Assembly (NCBI RefSeq): GCF_036971445.1
Contig: NC_091482.1
Location: 20,336,001 to 20,400,000, forward strand
DNA: 64,000 nt
Direction: 5' to 3'
Source of the DNA: Narcine bancroftii
Taxonomy: Eukaryota
Below, one piece after another: positions 36,215 through 50,190 of this stretch (position 1 is the first letter of the stretch; every line of letters begins with the position of its first letter). A model generated the notes under the pieces. The model had not been told where the DNA came from, ran no database searches, and was given only the letters and a program-made list of their open reading frames with translations. The translations under genes and the position numbers were made by a program.

Positions 36215-36686
36215 CTGGTTGAGTACCCAGATCTGAAAATCTCCAAAGTTTTTTGAGAACCAGCAAGTGGAAAATTCCACACCTGTCCTCGCTTGCCCAT
36301 TTTGGGCTCCGTTAGTACCAGTTTGTGTTTTTTAGCGCTGCGGTACAAAGATACTGTTGAAAATGACCAATAGTGTAATAGCCAAAAGGGAAGTCAAGGC
36401 AAGTACAAAACATTATTTTCATCTGAAATTCGTCTCCACCTAAAATAACATCTTTGAATGTAACATGACCAGCAACATTATTGCAATGGAAAAAATAGTG
36501 TATTCTAACCTTTTGATCAAAACAGCATCATATAGGTGGAGATTGAAAGTCTGCTGCTGTTCGTCATTGTTTAACAACTGATACAGATATTCTGCTGATG
36601 CTACTGTGTTGCTTCATTACCCCAATTATTCCAAAATCTGAAACACTTCTGGTCCCGTGCAATTCAGATGAGAGGGACTCAACCTG
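36215..36686. mobile_element. Tigger4/MER46-like pogo transposon derivative
   Basis: C(T)GGTTGAGTACCC...CTGAAACACTTCTGGTCCC...GGGACTCAACCTG termini, preceded by TA. Confidence 0.7.
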
Positions 36687-38957
36687 CACTAGTACTATAG
36701 AGCACATGTTAACTCCTTTGGATTTTTTTCCCTCTTCTAGCTTATGGGCCACAGGAATGTCACATAATAGGACAATAGCATTCGGTGGTCATCTGGAGCT
36801 CAGATAGACTTCTAATCACTTATTAGATCAACAGCTTCAATAAGCACAGATACAATAAATGTTTTTCTCCCATATCCAGGATTCAATCTTTTGAGACAAG
36901 CTTTAACTGTACCCAACTTCCTCTGGATTATGCACATTCTAATGGCTTTAAACATCACTAAACATTTACAGTGCAAGGATTTAAAACAGATACTCATCAG
37001 GGCACACAAGTGTTGCAAAAATACTGGTTCCACAAATTTCTGATTGCATATCATGTGCAACACTTTGCCCATCAACAAAAACTCTCAGATAAAAGAAAAT
37101 GACTACGCATTAGCTTTATAGGCAGTTCTTGATTGACATTAACCCATCTTTTTCTCCCAGTAAGCCTGATCTGTCCATTCACGAGACAGTTCACGTCAAG
37201 TAGGAACAGAAAGTCGACAATCGTTGGATGACTCACCCATGCAAGAGTGATCCTATGCATATGTGCACAGTATCTGAGGTATACGAAGATTGATGTTTAT
37301 TGATGGTTGGTCCAAGGTATTAAAAGTTACATTTAGACAAAATGTTGGTTTAACTACCTTTCCAATAAACCAATATTTACCAGTTCCAATGACATCATTT
37401 CATTAAACATTTTCACAATCCATGACGTTTAAAGTAACTTCATTCTAATGACATCATAAAGCTACTTTAAGTTCAAAACCTCTAGGATATCACTTAGTGC
37501 AATAGATCAAATTTCTTGATGTAATTACAGTGTTTGAAGTTATTAAATTTGCTACAATTTTTTTTTAACAACTTGTAGCTTTGGGGGCACCAAAGTTAAA
37601 TTAAATCTTTATCTAGTGCAGCAATGAATACAAAATAATTAGTCTGCTATTACACACTAAGTGCACATTCTAACACATGAACAACCCAGCTTCAAAACTA
37701 GGTAAAAGCCTCTAATTCAGACGCCGTTATCGGAGCAACATCTGCCATTTAAAATTCTGCAGAATGAGAGAATCTGATATTTAAGCATTGGTTGTGCACA
37801 TTTAAATAGGATTTAATAGGTCAGAAATTAATTTCAGTACTCATGCCAGCTATCAAACTTTTCTATAGTAAGCACTTATGGCAATACAACCATTTTGAAT
37901 GTTTAATATAGCAATGCTTAATCACTTTAAACAATTGGCACGATGGTGTTGAATACAAAAGGGGTGACAAACTAATTCAAACCTCAAAAAATTTACCAAG
38001 TTGTGTACAGCACAATGAAATTCAAACCAGAAAGGGTCTATCAAATTCACTAAATCATCCAATTTTTTTTTTAAAAATTGGTTTACATAGACATGGTCCT
38101 CATTGCTGCTTTATTCAGGCTTATTTTAAAACAATTATATATTCTTAAGTGTAGCCAAGCTTTTTGGTATAAATTACAAACTATTATATTGCACTACCAC
38201 TAAACCACATCACTAATGATAACAAATTGTTAGTCCATTTTAGTCATCCACAAGTTCTGGATACTCAGAAGCATACTTTTAAAGCTATTGAGCTCGAGCC
38301 AGAACTATCCAGCACTGAACGGTGCGAATTTAAATACCTGTGTGATACATTGGTCTTTAAAACAAAAGTCAAGCGTGTAAACAGATAAGGTTTATGCCTA
38401 CAGGACCCAAGCATTTTTTTCCCAGTATAGTTACCATTTCAACACATGAAAGATAACTACTATACTGAAAGATATTGGACCTGCAACACTAGATGTACAT
38501 TTTTTCTGGCCCACATACAAAAGCACCAAGAACCAGGACATTTGACAGCCACTTTCTGTGCAATATAAAATACTTGGATTAAAATAAACAGCAAATTCCT
38601 CTGTAACAGAAGGCACTTTCAATCACAATTTAACACAAATTACATTATAGCCAGGAGAAAACAAAGGAATGCATGAAAATACCACTTGGTGCATTTAAAA
38701 AATAACATCAGATCTCCCAAGGAATGTGCACTACAGTTAAAGCTTGCTCTTATCTGGCCTGTCTGTCAAATCTTTGCATGAGGGAGGATAAATAAAAGTT
38801 CAGGGCCCCACACAAGTATTCAATTCAAAAGAACAATTGGTTCTCAATTATTTTGATTTCCTTTATATCACATACAATTCTCTCACTCAAAAATACTACC
38901 AAATAGACAATGAAAGCAGGCTCTCCAGGTGTTAGTTAGGCTTGTAAATAGTATGCA

Positions 38958-39184
38958 TTATTCCTGTTTGGATTGGAGTTGCTGTTTCCAAGCCTCATTC
39001 AAGTAAACAAGTCGTTTATAGTTGATAATAAAGAGAATGAAGTTCAGGATGTATGTAGTGAGGCAAATTATGCAAAAGTCCTTCAGCACAAAATACAGGA
39101 TGTAACTTAAGTACAGTGCGCCCACCACAGACACTATCGATGTTGTCATTAATATTAAAGCAGCCATTGCACTCACGGTCATAC
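38958..39184 (-). CDS. VKORC1L1: VKORC1-like 1 exon 3 (CIIC redox motif, stop)
   Basis: [45 protein letters not shown]...[21 protein letters not shown]; ttgcAG acceptor. Confidence 0.97.
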
Positions 39185-39499
39185 CTGCAAGAAAGAAAGG
39201 AACGTTACCTTATGGACCAAAGTAATTCCTTATACAAGACAAACCTACGCTTCCATAAATAAATGTCACTGCATTTGAAAATGAAAATAAATCAGTCAGG
39301 GCACAGAGAATCTGGTTGTGGAGCCAGCTGGATATTTATGTAACAAAATTAATTAAAAGCAAAACAAGTCTGCAGACAGTGATGGACGTAAAAACATAAT
39401 GCAACCACTTTTCCCGCTTCACTAGTCTTCCTAAAAGTGCTGCTTAAAACTTGCGCTAGGGCTAGGTTGCAGCTCGTCAATTAGTTTCATCACGTGGAT

Positions 39500-39620
39500 C
39501 CAGTGACCTAGGTTGGACTAAGATTTCAGATGCTCCTTGTGTACATGCACTCCCTGCGTCTGCAAAGTTTCCCAGCGGGGGCTCTAGATTCCTCAAACAT
39601 CCCAAAGATGCACTGACTGC
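39500..39620 (+). mobile_element. Degraded V-SINE
   Basis: CTCCCTGCGTCTGC..TTTCCCAGCGGGGGCTCTAGATTCCTCAAACATCCCAAAGATG. Confidence 0.55.
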
Positions 39621-40694
39621 TCTTCCTCTTCCCCAAACCTGTCGGTTTTCTATTATTCGCATCTCCTTCAGTGAAGATGGACACAAAACTTCTGCGTTAG
39701 TCTTTAAGGAATTTGCTCATCTTTATTTGAATCTACCTATAAAACAAACTAGATTTTAAAATTTCTTGGTAAATTAGTTTGCTCTGCTTTCCTCATCAGT
39801 GTCTTGATCTTCCTTTATCAAATTCTGAAATCCTCACCCCTTATAATTTTTTTTGTCAGATCTCGGATCATCTTTAACTTTCCCAATCAGGCATGGTTAA
39901 ACTTCAGGAAATGGGATATTGTACATTAGTCGTTGGTCTTCTACCGTCACACCTTCTACATACAGTACTTCCCTCCTCACTACTACAACCAATTCAGGCT
40001 TCATAACTGTACTACTGTTAAGATTCCAAACCCTGGTTTCAGATTGAACTAAATAGCTTTCAATGACAAGATCATAACATAGTAGAATTTTGCAAGAAAC
40101 CTTAAAATAGCTGTACTGAAAGTGCCATAACAGTTAGATGTGCTAATCTCAGTCAGACAAGAGTACAGTTTAAACTAAGCGATTTTTTTTTTTTTTCTTG
40201 AGCCAAACAAGTTCAAATTGAGAAATTCAATTTGCAATATTCACACAAGGAAACAGATTGTTGCAAAAAGATAATCGAGTTTCAACACACTGATCTTGTT
40301 TGCCAGTTTTGTCACTGTCAAAACAGCAATGAACTGTGACAAGATTACAGTTTTAGAGTCCTTCATTGGTCACAGGTTTCCTCTGTTTTCACCATGTTGA
40401 CTGACCATTTCTACCCATGGATGGTGTCTGAACTTCTGAGTTCCTCCAGCAATTCTTTATCTTACTGGGATAACAAACCTCATTTAGGACCATTCCTTGA
40501 ATAGTTTTTTTTCCAAGATTCTAAAGAGTCGAATGCAGAAAGAGCAGGAGTCAGAGATGAAGCAAGGAGTTATGAATATCAATCAACCTCTTGTATGAAA
40601 ATTGTAAATGTTCCAGGTCTGTTGGTTCATTTGCAATTGAATGAAGCTTAGATGGCCAGATGTAAAATCATTAACTCGTATAAGCTGTACTCAC

Positions 40695-40804
40695 CCAACA
40701 ACATTTGTAGTACATAGAAACTAAGTCCATAAATACTGTTTGGCTGATTCAAAGCACTGTCTTTTCCAAAAATGATCCCAACTAGTCCAAATCCTCTTCC
40801 CCAC
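40695..40804 (-). CDS. VKORC1L1: VKORC1-like 1 exon 2 (not in ORF track)
   Basis: [36 protein letters not shown]; cacAG and GTGAGT; 110 nt, phase 2-1. Confidence 0.97.
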
Positions 40805-41229
40805 CTGTGACAAATAATAGTTTAAGTGACACAGAAGGATCAATAAACTATTTGTTACACATGACATAAACACCATGTTTTCACAAACATGGTAAAACTG
40901 GTTTTCAAGAATACCAAGTCAAGCTAATTAAAATAATAAAAAATTAATGTAGAACAAAAATGCTGGAAATTGTGACGCGTCAGCCAGTAAAATTGGCAAA
41001 TCTGACCCCATTCACCTGTTTTTCATGTCTAGAAGCTTTAGTTCAATTAATATCTGTTCTTAATGATGCAGGACAATAATTTATACGTCACATTTATCAG
41101 CCACAGAAAAGTATTACAGATTATTTCCTGAACCAATGAAAGGAGGCTTTCTTGAAAATAAAGCAACTGAACAACACAATCAGCTAACAAACAGCACAGA
41201 GGGGAATGAAATGATGTCAGCATGCACTG

Positions 41230-41885
41230 AAGCTTAAGCTCCTATATCTCCTCTCACTTCTCTTTTACTCTTCATAAACTTGAAGCTTTTTGTATCCCCT
41301 TTGACATTATTTGCTAGCATCTTTTCATACTTCAACCTTTTCCTCCCTATGAGATTTTTTGTGACCTTCTGCAAATTTTTCAAAACTTTCCAATCCTCCA
41401 TCTTCCCACTAATTTTTTGCTTCCGGTCTTGCTTTTTCATTGGTTTTGACTTCTCTTGTCAGCCATATTTGTGACATTTTTCCTATTGAATACTTCCTCT
41501 TTTTGGTATAGTTTTATCCTGTAGCCAACTTCCTTTTTTCCCTACAGCCCCTGCTGCTCTTCCCTACTAGTGCTCCCTTCCAATCTACTTTGGTCAGTTC
41601 CTTTACTCCACTGAAATACTGACACAACTGACTTTAGTTTCTCCTTGTTAAATCTCAAATTGAACTATCATAAAATGGTTCCTTTCCTCCAACTTCCCTA
41701 ATCACCTCTGGTGCACTGCACAACACCCAATCTATTATTACAGCAAGTAGGTCTATCGACAAGCTCATCTAAAAAGCCACCTTTCTACAACTTCTCTTGA
41801 GATGCAGTCCCAACCTGGTTTTCCCAATATACTTGGATGTATATATGCATGAATCCCCCATGACTACTATAAAATTGCCCTTCTG
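41230..41885 (-). mobile_element. CR1-like LINE fragment
   Basis: YEKMLANNVKGDTKSFKFMKSKREVRGDIG and IVVMGDS endonuclease remnants. Confidence 0.75.
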
Positions 41886-42889
41886 ACGAGGCTTGTCAGG
41901 TCATAGTTATTCACATAGGAACAGGTCCTTTTGCTTACCACATCAGAGTCAACCTTCAAACATCTTTCTTTCTAGACTAATACTATTTTATGTCCCTCGA
42001 CTGGGAGAAGATCAGAATCTTCCTATTTAGTTAGCTTTGAGTTCTTGGTGCTGAATTATTGGGAATTTCAGTTAAAAGCTGAGCAGTTGCCAACTTCATA
42101 AAGTAATTGCAATTTGCATTCAATTTTGCAACTCAACCTACAATAAGAATTATAAACACAGAAATATTGGAGGAACTCAGACCCGACATGTCAATTGTAC
42201 ATCTTTACTGTTGTGTGACCTGGTGAGTTGCTTCCAGCATTTCTGTGATTTTACTACAATCAGTGTCTGCAGACTTTCATGTTTCACCAAGAATTATAAC
42301 AATCGTTTCAATAAGAAATCCCTTGCCAGTCAAAATGGTTTCCATCAGTTTAAAATGCAGCTTACTTAATAAGAAACATTGGATCAATTCACATTGCCCC
42401 TACTTCATGCTACTCATTTAAGCAAGTTGCACTCAGCTGAATGTACAGCTTGGTGCATCAAAACAAGGAATATGAAAGTTATCAGCTGTTCATATCATAA
42501 ACAAACAGTACCATTGGCAATACAGACTACTCACACTAATCCAGCTTCAATTGCATTATCAATCTTTTCAATTTATTTTTAAAAAACGCACACAATGTCT
42601 CCAACGTTAAATGCCAACGCTTACAGAATGCTGGCAGTTTCGTGTGCTACAGAAACGTCTCACTGCACCAAAGTTAGCACTGCATCGTGCAGAATTGAAT
42701 CACACCCATTCTTTTACCAGTGGAAAAGTTAATCAAAACAAGTTAAAGCTGCTGCAAATAGATTTCTGAATACTCGGGTTAGCAAGGGTGTCAAAGTCTA
42801 CAGGTTGAAGGGAGAGGAGAAGAAAAATACATCAGGAACATGCCAGAGCCTTATTCTGCTCAAATGTCTTATGGTCATTATTATCTCAA

Positions 42890-43640
42890 TCCAGGGAGAA
42901 TTCAGTCTGAAAATTAGGGTAGGTGGAGCAATCAGAGAAGCAGGACAAAATGCTGCTGGTGTACAGTAACAACCATCTTGGTCTCAACGTTAACAAGATC
43001 AAGGAGCTTATTGCGGATTTACGAAGGGGAGGCCGAGGGACTATGCGCCAGTCTTCATCGAAGGTGTAGAGCAGTGGTTCTCAACCTTTTACTTTCCACT
43101 CACGTACCACTTTTAAGCATTCCCTATGCCGCAAGTGTTCTGCGATTAGTAAGGGATTGCTTAAGGTGGTCTGTGGGTGGAAAGAAAAAGGTTGAAAACC
43201 ACTGTTTTAATCATTCCCAATGGACTCGTTATGTGCACGGTTTCATCACTCCAAAGGAAATGGGCCAATGACAATTTTTCTCAAGCCAAATATTTCAGTA
43301 ACAATTGGGACTAGAGCAGTGATTCTCAACCTTCCCTTCCTACTCATTCCACCTGATGCAATCCCTTACTAATCACAGAGCACTTACGGCACAGGGAATA
43401 CTTCAAGTGGTCTGTGAGCGGAAAGTAAAAGGTTGGGAACCTCTGGTGTAGAGGGTTAGTATCTTCAAGTCCACATATTGCAGGATTTCTGAAATGAGCA
43501 GAGACAACTGTAAATATGGTTATGCCAACATCTCTACTTTCTAAGAAAGCTGAGGAGATGTAGCATATCATTGAATGTTCTATCAAACCTCTGCATGTGA
43601 TCTATGAAAATATACTGACTAGTTGCATCACACCTGGTTT
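42890..43640 (+). mobile_element. L2/Rex-Babar-type RT fragment hosting the dimeric MITE
   Basis: NHLGLNVNKIKELIADLRR...VFIEG[MITE]VERVSIFK continues across the insertion. Confidence 0.65.
43072..43445. mobile_element. hAT MITE, dimeric form (second copy)
   Basis: Perfect 8-bp TSD GTGTAGAG at 43064-43071 and 43446-43453; arms 43072-43204 and 43317-43445; 112-bp spacer homologous to 4834-4945. Confidence 0.92.
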
Positions 43641-43649
43641 GCTAATTGA

Positions 43650-44550
43650 ATAAAAACATCAGAATGCTGGAGGAACTCCGCTAGTTTATTCAGCATCTAT
43701 AGGAAATAGATAGATTGCCAATGTTTCAGCCTGACCTCTTCAAGGGGGGGGGGGGGGGGGTGAAAAAAAGCATCAGAAAAAGGAAGAAGCAGGATCTATC
43801 AGAAAGTCTTCAAACAATGGGGTTGGAACCAGACCAACAAAAGGTGTTAATTAGATGTGATTAGGTCTAGGTAGAATTTATCATGTCTGTGCAAAAGGAG
43901 ACAGGGAATGGAGAGATGACAGGAGAAGCAAGAATGTGGGGGGGGTTTAAACAAAACCCAGAGGCCTATATTAATACCATCTGGTTAGAGGGTGCCCAGA
44001 CGGAAGATGGTGTTGTTCCTCCAATTTACAGGTGGTCTCAATCTGGCAGTACACGAGACAGTGGACAGACTGGCAAGGGGATGGATGGATGGAGAATTGA
44101 AAGGGTGACCACAGGGATATTCATGCTATCGTGGCAGGCAGAGCCGAGGTGCTTAACAAAGCAATCTCCCAGTCTGTGTCCAGTCTCTCTGATATCAAGG
44201 AGATCACAGCAGGAGCACCGGATGCAGTCGATAACCCCTGCAGATTCACTTTGGAGAATGTTTGGGGCCCCGAATGGTGCTGAGGGAGGAGACGTGAGTG
44301 CAAGTGGAGCATCTCCTGCTGTCACAAGGGTAGGTCCCAAGGGGACGATTGGTGGAGAAGGAGGAGTGGACGAGGGACTCACGGAAGGGATGGTCCCTGC
44401 AGAAGGTGGAGAGGGGAATGTGTCTCGTGGTGGGATCGTGTGGTAGGTAGTGGAAGTAGTGGAGGAGGATGTGTTGGATGCGGAGGATGGTGGGGTGGTA
44501 CGTGAGGACGAGGAATCCTGTCCTTGTTGCGCATGGGGGAGGAGGGGACT
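43650..44550 (-). mobile_element. Penelope-like element 3' part (GIY-YIG endonuclease)
   Basis: LVLTYHP, GTYPCDSRRCSTC, ESAGVIDCIRCSCCDLLDIRETGHRLGDCFVKHL. Confidence 0.85.
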
Positions 44551-46849
44551 CCATACTTAAAAAGTTCTTTGTTTTGATCATTTTGATGAGAATTACCTGG
44601 AGATAAATAACAACCAACATAAGGACAACCTTGGATTAGAAATTCCACCAGGTCTCAAGGTGGGAGAAAACCAAACACAGTCCAAGAAGAAAAACTCGAT
44701 CTTGAAAAGAAAAATCAGATAGTGTGCAGGACAATATTTAAGATTCCTTTATCATCATGTAACAGTACAGGACATGTAACATTGCACAAATTGCCTTCTG
44801 CCTGCCACAAGGAAGAGAAAGAGTAGCCAGTGTCACCAAGCGATCCTTGTAGTAAAAGAAAAAGAATCAAAAAAATCTCTTCAGAGTCGCAGTATCTGGA
44901 TTTGCCTCCAGCTCCCTCAGCCTCAGTAGCTGTACAAGCTCAGCAATCTGAGCTCCAGTTCCAAACTTCTGACATGATCAGGAAGCCTCAAGTGCTCAAG
45001 GCCCTCAGAGACCATCTTGCCCTTGGCTTCCTCTTGAATACTGGATCCAAGACCTGGTTCCCATGAGTTAGTCTCCAGAAGCCTGCAGCACGTGCAGGCC
45101 CCCTGACCATGTCACTCTTCGGCCCGCATCAGTCCCTTCGCCACTGAGCCCCTTGCGATCTGCCACCATGGTCGCCTTCCTTTCAAGGTTATCTCTGCAT
45201 CTCCTCAACAGGGGAGGCAGGGGGTGTTTGCCCTGTTTCTCGAGCCATGCACCTGTCTGTTGTTGCCTGGAGTCTGCAACCCCTTGTGGTGCCAGGCACA
45301 GGTGCCACCATCTTGGGCACAGACCTCTGCGGTTGCAGGATTTTACTTCAATAGGCAGTTCAAAGCCTTTATGGAGCTCCCAGCCATTTGAACCAGGCAG
45401 TTGAAGCGTTTAGAGCAGTGCAGTGTCTCCGCTCTCCTGGGACCACATCAGTGGCAGCGCTGCCGTTACAGCAGCTCCGACTCCAATTTCCAACTCAAGG
45501 ATAATTTGCACGTTATGGTTCCTCAATGACATAATGTGATTTATAGTCCAAATTTCTAAAAGGCACAAAACCAGTGAGAGTACAAAGTTGAATTTATAAC
45601 AAACCAAAATACAGTCAGCACCCAATGAAAAGTACATTTCAAAAAAGCCTCACAATTGTGACAATTGGGAGGACTTCACTTCTGTTCTATACCCTTCTAC
45701 CCAATCTGCCCTCTGAAGTCAATGCCCTAGATACAGATAGCAACACTATTAATAAACTCACATGAAAACTTTATAGGTTAGTGCTGGAACAGGGGGAAGA
45801 GCTCTTGTAAGCCTTGTTTGTGTCCTCTTCAATACATAAAACACATTATTTTACTCAAAACTAAGTAGGTTAAGTGCCAAGGAAGAAAAGATTACAGCCC
45901 AAGTGCTGACAAATAGGACTAATATAGTGAGCTTGAACATGGTAAGCTGTTTCTTTGCTGTACAACTTGAAGATCTGCTTATTTTTTTTGGAAACTAAAG
46001 TACAAGGAAATAATAAAAATGCCATCTTAAGATATTGCCGAGAAGTTATAACACACCGATCAACTGAATCAATATTCATTCTCTGCAGATTAGCTTCAAA
46101 ATAGTTTTTGCATTGAGGTCTAATTAAGTTTACACGAAGAATGGCCTGTAGGTAAAATGACTAAGGTCTCTTCAGGGAATCTCAGTAGACAAAGGACCAT
46201 TGATCACATTTACGCTAGAGGCTGTGAGATTTAAAAATGGAGCAGAAATAGATTACAAAAGCCTGCATATATGAATAAGCTGGATCAGGATATTTCTGAT
46301 CTGCACCGGCTCCATACCAGTCTCTCAATTTAGGATGGCACTTCAAAGAATGCCATTTTGTCCCATGATGTACTTCATGCTAACAATGTTTAATCAATCT
46401 TTGGTCTATTCAAGAAAATAATGGCACAGTGAATGAGAAGGGCATTCTCCCGCCGACTTAGCTAATATTTCTGGCTTAATTATCCTTCAAAAACTCAGGT
46501 TGGTGGTTTTTAAAAAAAAAAATTGGTATTTTTAAGCAAACAGAGTCCTGTTTGCCTTATAAACAGTAATAGCACAAACAAAACTGATTGACTACGACAT
46601 TTCCATCTCATCACAAAGTCAACTTTGAATCCAGATTTTCATTTATCTGACCAATCTGCCATGAGGATCTTATCAAAGCCTTGCTAACATCATATAAACT
46701 GCATCAAGCATACTACTTTCAACCTTGTTATCTTCCCAAAATACTCAAATGAAGTTGGGCACCATCTTCCACAGTTACAAATCCATGCTGGCCATACCTT
46801 TAACAAAATTCTAACAAAACTAACAAGATTATTAATAGTTACTTAAAGC

Positions 46850-47315
46850 TAGTTTTATCATTAGGGAAAAGGAGAAATAGGGAGAGATGGAGTGGGGGCA
46901 AATGGAGACCAGAGAAGTCAACGACAATGCCATTTGGTCAGAGGCTGCCCAGTTGGAATAAGAGGTGTTCCTCCAATCTGTGGGCGAACTCAATCTGGCA
47001 GTGCACAAGACCTGCCTCCTTGTCTCTTTTTCCTTTTCCCTCCACTTCTGCATTCACGGAGCCAACCCTTCCCTGATCATTTCTCACCTTTTCACTTGTT
47101 GTCCTACCCGTGTCCAGTTATCACCTTTTGTCTGTTGGTCTGTGCTCCTCCCCCATCCTTTCTTTCCTTCTTCCCAGCCAAGTAATTCAGGCACTTGCCT
47201 GTTTTTTAAAAAAAATCGTGCCTTGTAAATGGGCCCAGGCACAAAACATTGGTTATACATCTTTACCTCCTATGGAGGAAGCAAGACTGGCTGAGTTCCT
47301 CCAGCATTTCAGAGA
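46850..47315. mobile_element. Penelope-like terminal fragments in inverted arrangement
   Basis: ~46870-47015 matches 43960-44050 in the same orientation; ~47020-47310 is the 3' terminus (GCTGAGTTCCTCCAGCA) in the opposite orientation. Confidence 0.6.
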
Positions 47316-49469
47316 TCTCCCCCCTCCTCCCCCCACAATTAATCACTTGGCTTGCCTTTCCCCACAGTAAAGGCTACTTTTTCAATGGATTGTATTTTCT
47401 GAAGCAGCTTTAACTCACAGCATTCAACATTTGTAAAACTTGCCCTTATAGGTTTTCAACGTAGCAAAGTTATCAAATGGAAACCATAACGTCCACCGCA
47501 AGGAAACCGAGCTGGGATTTGTGCGAGAGGCAAGCAACTGCCTGAACATGGCAAGCAACTGCACATCTCTTAGTCAGAAGGTTGAAGAAAAGTTGGCAAA
47601 ATTATGAATAAAAACCTAGGTGCCAAAAGTAAGAGAATTCAACTTCAGGTTCAGAAAGAACAAGAAAAAAAAATTCAAACTGTGGAATAAGAATGGTTTA
47701 ATTTTAAAATTCTGAACCACAAAAAAACCCCTCATCATAATTAAGTGCAAGAGAGCCTGAATGACATAATTTACCATTTCTCAAATCATGTCGAGTACAA
47801 AAGTGGGAAAACAAATCCACGGTGAATATAATTTGTCTCTGGTGCAGTGATGAAACATCTTATTGACATTTGACTCATTTCAACATTGAGCTACAAATGA
47901 TCTATTTGCAAAGCTAATAGCCAGACAGTGAACATTTGATTGCATTGAGCCTGTAGTTGCTGAAGCATTGATAACTTAGCAGTTGCACGATGGACTATTA
48001 TTGCATCATTTTGACATAAACTTCTTTATTTTCACTGGCCTTTTTCCAATTGTTTATATTTTAGAACAATTAAAAAAATTTTTTAAGCAATAGATTTATT
48101 CTGTACTTTTGCAAAACCTTTTATAAAAAAATTCTGCCAGATGCTAATTACATCTCACCTACTTCACTCACCTTCGAAGGGTCTTCCTTAATCTAATCCA
48201 ACCATTTCATCGCGCCCTTGGGGGGGGGCCAAAGCACATTTAATAAAAGCTTTGTTTTCTTATCACCTCAAGTAAGATGCGTTTTATGTAGTCAGTCGGA
48301 AAGAAGTACTGAAGAAACCAAAACTTGACTGCTTCACAGTGAAGGGAGCTTAAGCTAAAGGTTGAGAATAACTGATCAAATCTGTCTATAAATTTTGTAC
48401 AACTTTCCAGTTGGAAAATGCTGTCTCCATACTTTTGCCCAAGAAATAAAGCACTTTTAAAAACATTTTTTTTTTTTTAAAAAAGGTACTTTATAAAAGT
48501 TTTCAATTAAAAAAAATCTCAAAGCCAATGGACAGGTGGCTAAGAACTTGGTTACGATGTTCAGTTTTAAGAAGCACCTTAATAAAGGTTAGACATACAG
48601 AGAGACTCCTTAACCGATTCTCACATATAAAGTAGGTCAGATTACCATGAAAATCTCATCCTGTTTGGGAGGTTTCTTTAGCTAGCTGAACTTGCTGTTC
48701 CAATCTAGCCTGACCAGTACACAAATCCAGGCTCACTTGATAGTGAAGCCCAAGGAAAAATAAAAATCCATCTGTAACTACTTGCTGAATACTTTAAGCA
48801 TTTTCTATTTACATTTCAAATTTGCAATGTCTTTTGACTTTTTAGCTATGTATTCTCTCCTTAGATTTTGAAATCACAGGCTAAAATGGTTTTGCTCATT
48901 GGACTTTAAATTCTATGCAACTACACCTTTCACACTGATTTTATATCGTTAATACGAGCATAGAGTCAACTGTCATCGTATTATACCTCAAAATTTTCCT
49001 TTGACTGGTTCTTCCGACTCCCTCTAAGTCTACAATCCAGTAGAACATTTAAAAATACTTCAACCATTGTTCTAACATATGAATTTTTCCAGCATATCAT
49101 TCAGATAAAATGACTAATTAATCATCTTCCACCTTATTAGATTCTTTGGAATTTCGTACATTTCTTTTTTTTAAAGGATTGCTAAATTCCATTTTGCCTT
49201 TGTTCCTGCAGCTTTCCAGACTTGCCAATTTTCAGCTTTTGATTGCTGTATTTGCTTTCATCCCCTCCGATTAGGTTATCACTCATCTGCAAATATCTAC
49301 ACAATGTTGCTTTCAATCCCACTAACATGCCACCCATTTAATTCAAACAGGTCCCACGCTCCCGTTAGCAAGTCCCATTACCCCAGGAGTCAAACGCCCT
49401 CCTCTGCATCAATGTTCCCATCGTGCTCAACAAACTATTTTAAAATTCAGGCAAATAAATAATTAAACA

Positions 49470-50190
49470 TGCTTGATTAGAAAGTTTGCATGTTACAGTA
49501 AAGTGTCTGCTATTGTAGATAGTGAAGATGATTGCAAAAAAATTGCAGTAGTATCTTGATCATTGGGCCAGGTGGGAAGAGGAATGGTTGATGAAATTTA
49601 ATACTGAGAAATGTGAGAGGCATTTGGGAAGTCTAAGAATGGGTTGGACCTACACAGTGATTTGGGGAGAATTGTAGCACAGAGGGATCTCAGAGTCTAG
49701 GCACACAGCACCCTGAAAGTGGAGTTCTAGGTAGATCGCGTAGGTTTTTGGCACTTTGGCCTTCCGAGTATTGAGCATAGAGTTGGGAGGTCATATTATA
49801 GTTGTTTGAGATCTCCACAAGGCTTCCTTTTGAGCACCCTCTTTAGTTTTTGTCACGGTGCTAGGAAACTATAAGGAGTACATCAGGTAACACAGAGTCT
49901 TTTGCTCAGATTAGGACAATTGGTAACCAGAGGATGTAGGTTTAAGGTGATTTTTTTTGGGGGGGGGAAAGGAGGGGTGGGGAGATTTAATACAAACCTG
50001 AGGGGTAACTTTTCTTTAATTACATTGAGGAGAGTGACTGTATGGAACAGGCTGACAGAGGTGGTGGTGGTTGAGGCAGGTGTAATAGGATAGGTTTGGA
50101 GGAATACAAGCCAAATGAAGAAAGCTGGGACATTTTGATCAGTGAGAGCAAGTTGGGTTGAAGAGCCATGCTGTACAATTCTGACTACTT
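49470..50190 (+). mobile_element. CR1-like LINE 3' fragment
   Basis: EEWLMKFNTEKCE motif, VWNRL and a CR1 tail. Confidence 0.7.
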
